The notes below the pieces were generated by a model. That model had not been told where the DNA came from. It was given only the letters and a program-made list of their open reading frames with translations, and did not search any database. A DNA stretch of 64,000 bases from contig CAYOSQ010000001.1 in NCBI GenBank assembly GCA_964406665.1, positions 135,412 through 199,411 of the forward strand. Reading direction: 5' to 3'. How positions within the stretch are numbered: position 1 is the first letter of the stretch; each line of letters begins with the position of its first letter. Made by a program: the position numbers and the translations under genes. Positions 57,941 to 64,000 of the stretch are shown here, in pieces. The DNA is from an uncultured Planctomycetia bacterium (lineage in GTDB: Bacteria; Omnitrophota; Gorgyraeia; VGKH01; JBHPFN01).

Positions 57941-59806
57941 CTTTTTGAATATTCCTATTATGGGAGGAAGGTTTTCTAGCGGACCAATTGTTTTTATAGG
58001 GTAATAATTTTGTAAGATCCAGGCAAAGACTTTTCTTTTTACAATAGAAGGCTTTTTAATAATAACAACAAAGTAATCTATTTTAGAATCAGCTAAGTGA
58101 GAAATTATGGTATCTTCGCTATAAGCAGCATCGTCGAGAATATAATATCTGGTAGGATTTTTTCTTGATGAGAAAAAGTTTATACTAAGAGCATCAGGAT
58201 ACGTAACAACCGTATCATTTTCTGAGGTATTTTTCTTTAAGTAATCTATGGTAGATAAAAATTTTAACCTGTCGGGGATATCGTTATAAAAAAATGTTCC
58301 ATAATCTGTTTTTATCGGTGCGGTTCTCATTGAGTATGCTTCTTTAGAGAATTGCCAAAGGTAGCCAACCGGCAGGAGAAAAAGGCAGATTAAAATTGAC
58401 GAAAAAAGCAGTTTTGAAATATTTCTTAAATATTTTTTAAAAAACGCAGATACGAATTTAAAAAAGAAAACATAATAAGATATGATAGCCAATACGTAAA
58501 GATAAAAACCTGCTCCGTGAGGATGTGCATGCAGTGGTGTTCTTAGGGTAGGCAAAAATGCTACTAAAAAAAGCGTTAGTAAAACTATGTTATTTTTATC
58601 CTTGGAAATTATTGATTTTACAAAAAGTATTGGAATTGTAACAAGAAATATTAGATTCAGACACATAAATTGAGGATATGTCCTTATTTTCTGGAATGTC
58701 TCTGAAGCAGTTAAGGGAAATCGCGTTTTCAAAAAATAATATAAAGAAACAAACAATGCTGCGATTAAAATACTACCTGCGAAAAGCATAAATATAGAAA
58801 TAAGTCTTTTCTTTTTTCCCGCAAAAAAGCAAGAAATGCCCTGGCAACCAATTGCTGCCAGAGAAATAATAGTTATGTGAGCAAAAAAGGAAAAAAATAT
58901 TATTGAACCTTTTTCTTTAAGAATAGTTACGAGATTTTCAAAAAATAATTTTGTACTTGAACCACTGTTTTGTACCAGTCCGCTATCGGCTGATAGGGCT
59001 GAGCTTCCGCCTAAGATGTAAATGGTGCTCATCAGAAGAGATTCTTTGATTCCAGCAAAAGCATCAAAAAATATCGCAAATAAAGCGTACGTACCTATTC
59101 CTAAGATAAGTGGAGCGGAGAAATAGTACCAACAATTTTTATAGGACTTATTTTTTAATAAGTGTATTATTCCGGCTATCAGGAAACCTAGCCAGACTAA
59201 AAGTGCAAGTGTAGGTCTAGATAGAAAGGCAAACGAGAGAAATAAACTCCAGAGGATTAGGTTTTTCTTTTTATCAGAGAAAATAAATTTCAGAAAAAAG
59301 TAAAGGGCACAAGAAGTAAATAGAACAAAAAAAGTGGAAGAGAAGCTGTAGGGGAGAATAAAATTAAAAATACCGCTAGAGGGCATATAGAAACCAAATG
59401 CAAACAAATAGAGAAATGTTATTGCTACTAGGGCGGCCGAAGGTCGGCCTAAAAACAGTCGAGAAATTTTATAAAGAACAAAAGATAGTGTTGTGGTTAT
59501 GGCGATACCTAGCCACACAAGGGTAAGTATTTTAACGCCGAAAAATTTGTACAACAGTGCAATAAAGTAAGGAGAAAGCAATCCATGAGGATGAAAAAGA
59601 TCTTTGTAGAGAATCCTGCCGTCAAGAATCTGTTGGGGGAATGATAGTTCATGAGGCGTGTCGTTAAAAAGATGCCCCCATTTTAACCAGCTTACAGAGA
59701 GAAGATAGATAAAAGAGCTTAATAAGATAATAATTATGATAATGGAAGATAGGTAGGGTTTTAATTTTTTAAGAAAGCTATGCAAGTTTTTTGTTTGGTT
59801 AAACAT
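57935..59806 (-). CDS. Polytopic membrane protein, GT-C fold glycosyltransferase-like (ATG 59806 preferred)
   Basis: More than ten TM helices; G.ILYKD...HG.LSPY loop; short soluble C-terminal domain. Confidence 0.65.
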   Translation of the reverse strand: MFNQTKNLHSFLKKLKPYLSSIIIIIILLSSFIYLLSVSWLKWGHLFNDTPHELSFPQQILDGRILYKDLFHPHGLLSPYFIALLYKFFGVKILTLVWLGIAITTTLSFVLYKISRLFLGRPSAALVAITFLYLFAFGFYMPSSGIFNFILPYSFSSTFFVLFTSCALYFFLKFIFSDKKKNLILWSLFLSFAFLSRPTLALLVWLGFLIAGIIHLLKNKSYKNCWYYFSAPLILGIGTYALFAIFFDAFAGIKESLLMSTIYILGGSSALSADSGLVQNSGSSTKLFFENLVTILKEKGSIIFFSFFAHITIISLAAIGCQGISCFFAGKKKRLISIFMLFAGSILIAALFVSLYYFLKTRFPLTASETFQKIRTYPQFMCLNLIFLVTIPILFVKSIISKDKNNIVLLTLFLVAFLPTLRTPLHAHPHGAGFYLYVLAIISYYVFFFKFVSAFFKKYLRNISKLLFSSILICLFLLPVGYLWQFSKEAYSMRTAPIKTDYGTFFYNDIPDRLKFLSTIDYLKKNTSENDTVVTYPDALSINFFSSRKNPTRYYILDDAAYSEDTIISHLADSKIDYFVVIIKKPSIVKRKVFAWILQNYYPIKTIGPLENLPPIIGIFKKK

Positions 59807-59814
59807 TTTTGAAT

Positions 59815-61347
59815 TTATGCCCACAAATTTCTATCTAGGTTTCTGTATTGTATGGCTTCAGAGATATGTTCGGGCAGGATATTTTTTTCACCGGATAAAT
59901 CAGCAATAGTGCGTGAGACTTTTAGAATTTTATCATGTGCTCGAGCGGAAAATCCAAGTTCATCCATTGCCATTTTAAGAAGTTTTTTGGATTCGTCATC
60001 GAGCGAACAATCTTGTTGTATTTGCTTATGGTTCATATGTGCGTTACAAAATATCTTCTTCGTCTTAAACCGTTTTAGTTGAATATCGCGGGCATTTTGG
60101 ATTCTTTGTTTAATATTCTGTGATGATTCAGCAATAGAACCGGAAGTTATATCGCTGTATTCTAAGGAAGGAACTTCGAGGTGGATGTCAATTCTATCTA
60201 AAAGCGGTCCAGAAATCTTAGATAAGTATTTCTGGATTTTTGTAGGTGTACAGCGACAGTTTTTCTTTGGATCTGTATAATATCCGCACGGGCAGGGGTT
60301 CATTGTGCAGACTAACATAAACTTGCTGGGGAATTTAAGCGCCTTGGTTGCTCGAGAAATAGCAACGATACCATCTTCTAAAGGTTGACGCAATGATTCA
60401 AGCACATCGCGATTAAATTCAGGTAGTTCATCCAAGAAAAGAATCCCATTATGTGCTAAGCTTATTTCACCCGGCTTTGGTATTGAGCCGCCACCGACCA
60501 AGGCTATATCAGAACAGGTGTGGTGAGGGTTGCGGAATGGTCGCTGCGTTACTATCCCGCCTTTATTAGGAATATTCCCTATAATAGAATGTATTTTAGT
60601 TGTTTCCAGGGCTTCTTGTAGAGTTAGGTCTGGGAAAATAGTAGGAATGCGCTTTGCTAGCATGGTTTTTCCGCTTCCTGGGGGGCCGATTAAAATTATG
60701 TTATGACCACCTGCAACCGCAACTTCAATGCCGCGTTTGACATGGCTTTGTCCTTTTACATCGGAGAAATCTATATTGTAGTGATTTAGCTGTTTAAGTA
60801 TATCTTTAGATTCTTTCTTATATACAGGTATGGCTTTTGAATCTGACAAAAAATTTACTGCTTGTGCAAGCGTTTTTATTGGATACACATTAATTGAATC
60901 AACAATTGCTGCTTCTTTAGCGTTATCTTGTGGAACAATAATGTTTGAGAATCCTTTTTCTTTTAGGCCGATGGCAATGGGTAGCACTCCTTTAACTGGA
61001 CGAACAGTTCCATCTAAGGCCAATTCTCCCAAAATAATAAAATTCTTCAGTTTTTCTTTATTAGTTTGGTTAGCGGCAGCTAATATGCTCAACGCGATCG
61101 GTAAATCAAATAGAGAACCTTCTTTTTTCAAGTCAGCTGGAGCAAGATTTATGATTATTTTGTCTATGGGGTATTTGAATCCGCTGTTTTTAATCGCAGA
61201 GCGGGTTCTCTCGCGACTTTCTTTGACAGCGTTATCCGGAAGGCCGACAATAGAAACACTAGGTAGGCCCCGGTTTATATCAGTTTCGATTTCTACAAGA
61301 TAGCTATCTAATCCTAGAAGCCCGAAGCTGTACGTTTTTGATAGCAT
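59815..61347 (-). CDS. comM: YifB/ComM Mg-chelatase-like AAA+ ATPase
   Basis: NLAPADLKK, GPPGSGKT, FLDELPEF, NPCPCG, SGPLLDRID. Confidence 0.94.
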   Translation of the reverse strand: MLSKTYSFGLLGLDSYLVEIETDINRGLPSVSIVGLPDNAVKESRERTRSAIKNSGFKYPIDKIIINLAPADLKKEGSLFDLPIALSILAAANQTNKEKLKNFIILGELALDGTVRPVKGVLPIAIGLKEKGFSNIIVPQDNAKEAAIVDSINVYPIKTLAQAVNFLSDSKAIPVYKKESKDILKQLNHYNIDFSDVKGQSHVKRGIEVAVAGGHNIILIGPPGSGKTMLAKRIPTIFPDLTLQEALETTKIHSIIGNIPNKGGIVTQRPFRNPHHTCSDIALVGGGSIPKPGEISLAHNGILFLDELPEFNRDVLESLRQPLEDGIVAISRATKALKFPSKFMLVCTMNPCPCGYYTDPKKNCRCTPTKIQKYLSKISGPLLDRIDIHLEVPSLEYSDITSGSIAESSQNIKQRIQNARDIQLKRFKTKKIFCNAHMNHKQIQQDCSLDDESKKLLKMAMDELGFSARAHDKILKVSRTIADLSGEKNILPEHISEAIQYRNLDRNLWA

Positions 61348-61439
61348 AATGGCGTATGTTTTTGTTAAATTTAAAGTTTTGCGCCTGAGAAAATAGTTTT
61401 TTCTTTAATCGGAACAATTTTTTATCAATAAAAAAGCAC

Positions 61440-61467
61440 TTGCTTTTTTATTGCGGTATATTATAAT
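61440..61467 (+). promoter_or_regulatory. Sigma70-like promoter
   Basis: TTGCTT-16 nt-TATAAT. Confidence 0.5.
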
Positions 61468-61521
61468 GAAACTAACATATTTTGCCGCTGGGGTCAAGTC
61501 TTAACAAACCTATAAAGTAAT

Positions 61522-62151
61522 ATGAAAAAGAAGGTAAAAAGGCTTTTAATAACATTATTTGTGCTTACGATTGTCGTATTGGCAAGCATATCGTTTGTCA
61601 GATACTTCTATCTTTTGAGTCAAAATTATAACTTGAACACTAAATTGCTTGATGTTGAGAAGAGAATCAAAGATTTAAATAAAGTAAAGCAAGAATTGCA
61701 GCTATCTCTTGAAAAAGAGAATAAGGAATATAAAGAAGTTTTAAATGACAAGGAGTCTCTTAAGGGACAGCTTGAAGAGTTGCAAGGAAAGCTTTTAGAA
61801 AGAGAGCTGGATTTAGAAGATACTCGCATTAAACTTTCTAAGGTACGGGGAGAAATAGAAGGTTTGAATAAAGACCAAGTTGTTTTGAGGGATCAAATCG
61901 GAGATTTGGAGATACAAATAGAACAGCTAACTAATGAGAGAGATGTTTTTGAAGCAAAGTTTAACTCACTTCCCGAATTAAAGAAGGCGATTAAGCTTTT
62001 GAGGAGTAAATTTTATGTAAAGCGTATTGAGATGCAGGAAGCTTTAGATGCTAAAGAATTAAAAGATGGCAATCAAGGTTTTCTCATTTGGCAAGGTAAG
62101 TCTACAATTAAAGAGAAAGTAAAAATAGAAGTACTCCCTTTTGAGCCATGA
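61522..62151 (+). CDS. Membrane-anchored coiled-coil hypothetical protein
   Basis: N-terminal TM helix, long heptad pattern. Confidence 0.7.
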   Translation: MKKKVKRLLITLFVLTIVVLASISFVRYFYLLSQNYNLNTKLLDVEKRIKDLNKVKQELQLSLEKENKEYKEVLNDKESLKGQLEELQGKLLERELDLEDTRIKLSKVRGEIEGLNKDQVVLRDQIGDLEIQIEQLTNERDVFEAKFNSLPELKKAIKLLRSKFYVKRIEMQEALDAKELKDGNQGFLIWQGKSTIKEKVKIEVLPFEP

Positions 62152-62603
62152 TACCGTTTTTTTCCCTCCTTCTGGAAAACAGAATTCTCTGGATAACCCT
62201 ATTAGCTTGGACAGTTGCTCAGCTTATAAAGGTTATTATTGGTGTTATTATAGAGAAGAGATTCAATTTCCGCTGGTTTGTTGGTACTGGTGGCATGCCT
62301 TCTAGCCATGCCTCAGGAGCTACTGCCCTGGCGGTAAACTGCGGCTTGTATATTGGGTTTGACTCTCCTATATTTGCGTTCGCTGCAGTGTTTGCCATGG
62401 TTACTATGTTTGATGCTCAGGGAGTGCGGCAGTCTACTGGAATACAGGCAAGGATCTTAAATAGAATTCTTGAGGACATATACTGGAAAGGAAAGATCGA
62501 AGAAAATAGACTTAAAGAATTGGTTGGTCATACTCCTTTTCAGGTAATCGTCGGGTCGATTCTGGGATTTTTCATTGCAGTAACCTTTTATATTTTCTAT
62601 TAA
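62148..62603 (+). CDS. Divergent PAP2 family (DUF212) membrane protein
   Basis: GGMPSSH, DAQGVR, ELVGHTP. Confidence 0.9.
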   Translation: MIPFFSLLLENRILWITLLAWTVAQLIKVIIGVIIEKRFNFRWFVGTGGMPSSHASGATALAVNCGLYIGFDSPIFAFAAVFAMVTMFDAQGVRQSTGIQARILNRILEDIYWKGKIEENRLKELVGHTPFQVIVGSILGFFIAVTFYIFY

Positions 62604-62613
62604 GGAGTAATTA

Positions 62614-63435
62614 ATGCGTTCTAGAATAATACTTTTAGTCGGGGTTGCAGTAGTTATATTAGGAATTTTTTCTTTGGTTAATTCTTGCAGTAGAAGAAAA
62701 CTTTCAGAATCTTCAGGTGTAGATGTGGCAAAGAGTGCGCAAGAATTGCATGTTTTAGCCAAAGCTTTGTTGGAAGATGGAGATATTGTTGAAGCTAAAA
62801 ATTTATATAAACAGATAGTTTTCGATTTTCCAAATTTCAAACATATAGATGAAGTTAGGCAGAAGTTGGAAATATTAAATATGAAAATAATATTTTCAAT
62901 TGTTTCTGCTGGGGAATTGACGGTTATGCACGAGGTTCAATCAGGCGACACTCTTTCTAAGATTGCAAAGAAATATTCAACTACAGTTGAACTAATTAAA
63001 AGATCCAATGGGCTTAAAACTGATGTGATACAGGCCGGAAGAAAATTAAGAATTTGGACAGGGGTTTTTTCTATGGCGGTAGATAAATCACAAAATAAGC
63101 TTACTTTGAAATCTAACGATGAAATAATTAAAGTATATGATGTGGCAACCGGTGCGGAAAATTGTACGCCGGTGGGAACATTTACAATTAAAAGCAGGAT
63201 ACCCAATCCTGTGTGGTATAAAGACGGTGAAGCTATCCCTCCAGAAAGTCCGGAGAATATTCTGGGCACTCGATGGTTAGGTTTTGATTTGGCAAGTTAT
63301 GGTATTCACGGTACCACGCAGCCCGAGAGCATAGGACAACAAACAACTCAAGGTTGTGTAAGAATGCTCAACAAAGACGTCGAGGAATTGTACTCAATAG
63401 TTCCTTTAGAAACCGAAGTTGTTATTGTTGATTGA
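62614..63435 (+). CDS. LysM + YkuD L,D-transpeptidase
   Basis: VQSGDTLSKIA LysM; YGIHGT...TQGCVRM. Confidence 0.92.
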   Translation: MRSRIILLVGVAVVILGIFSLVNSCSRRKLSESSGVDVAKSAQELHVLAKALLEDGDIVEAKNLYKQIVFDFPNFKHIDEVRQKLEILNMKIIFSIVSAGELTVMHEVQSGDTLSKIAKKYSTTVELIKRSNGLKTDVIQAGRKLRIWTGVFSMAVDKSQNKLTLKSNDEIIKVYDVATGAENCTPVGTFTIKSRIPNPVWYKDGEAIPPESPENILGTRWLGFDLASYGIHGTTQPESIGQQTTQGCVRMLNKDVEELYSIVPLETEVVIVD

Positions 63436-63502
63436 GGTTAAACAGGGCTGATAAAACCTGATCATAATTTTCAGAAAAATATAGGAAAATCCTTAGAGAA
63501 AA

Positions 63503-64000
63503 ATGAATGGCTTAGAGTTTGAACAACCAATTATCGAGCTTGAGAAGAAAATTGACGAACTTAAATCTTTTGATAGCGATAAAGCTATCGATTTAACTTC
63601 AGAAATAAAAAAACTTGAGGAAAAACTTATCAAGCTTAAAAAAGAAACATATGAAAACTTAACTGCTTGGCAGAGAATTCAAATTGCCCGTCATCCGCAG
63701 AGGCCGTATACGCTTGATTATATAAATATGATTACCGCTGATTTTATAGAGCTTCATGGAGATAGGTTGTTCGGCGACGATTTGGCACTTGTTGCGGGAG
63801 TGGCCAAAATTGAAGATCAGAATATTCTAATTATGGGTCATCAGAAAGGGCGCGATACTAAAGAAAACCTGCAACGCAACTTTGGCTGCGCTCATCCCGA
63901 AGGGTACAGGAAAGCATTACGGTTTATGAAGTTAGCAGAGAAGTTTAATTTACCTATTGTAATCTTTGTGGATACGCCGGGTGCTTATCCAGGAATTGGC
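63503..64000 (+). CDS. accA: Acetyl-CoA carboxylase carboxyltransferase alpha subunit (3' truncated; absent from ORF track)
   Basis: Manual translation [10 protein letters not shown]...ARHPQRPY...ELHGDR...PEGYRKA...[10 protein letters not shown]. Confidence 0.95.
   Translation, partial: MNGLEFEQPIIELEKKIDELKSFDSDKAIDLTSEIKKLEEKLIKLKKETYENLTAWQRIQIARHPQRPYTLDYINMITADFIELHGDRLFGDDLALVAGVAKIEDQNILIMGHQKGRDTKENLQRNFGCAHPEGYRKALRFMKLAEKFNLPIVIFVDTPGAYPGIG

Noticed and set aside
58-63269. Many short antisense or nested ORFs in the ORF track
   Set aside because: They shadow well-supported genes; the matching pair 13568-13777 and 17536-17730 only reflects the Hint repeat
1-64000. CRISPR arrays, tRNA or rRNA genes
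   Set aside because: No regularly spaced short repeats or recognisable structural RNA genes seen; intergenic gaps are short

Overview
AT-rich bacterial chromosomal window; gene style suggests a PVC/Omnitrophota-like organism (inference only). Housekeeping genes (hypD, era, nnrE, nth, hypE, EF-G2, purH, folC, mnmE, folE, comM, accA) surround three accessory blocks. (1) A minus-strand four-gene minor-pilin operon (10753-18416) built from two PilW-like/PilX-like pairs. Both PilW-like pilins carry Cys-rich repeats and intein-like Hint domains inserted inside the pilin body: one Hint in one gene, two tandem Hints in the other, all ending HN-K. A c-di-GMP-I riboswitch with a terminator precedes it. 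(2) A 2900-aa secreted modular protein behind a second c-di-GMP-I riboswitch, divided by three copies of a ~31-aa motif, with HExxH protease-like, beta-barrel-like and peptidoglycan-binding-like parts. (3) A nucleotide-sugar cluster for a probable GDP-deoxyheptose-derived branched sugar. A PilZ-glycosidase fusion, an M1 peptidase-Omp85 fusion and a GGDEF/HD-GYP protein add to the surface and c-di-GMP theme. No CRISPR, rRNA, tRNA, integrase or transposase was recognised. All calls come from reading motifs by eye; no database searches were run.
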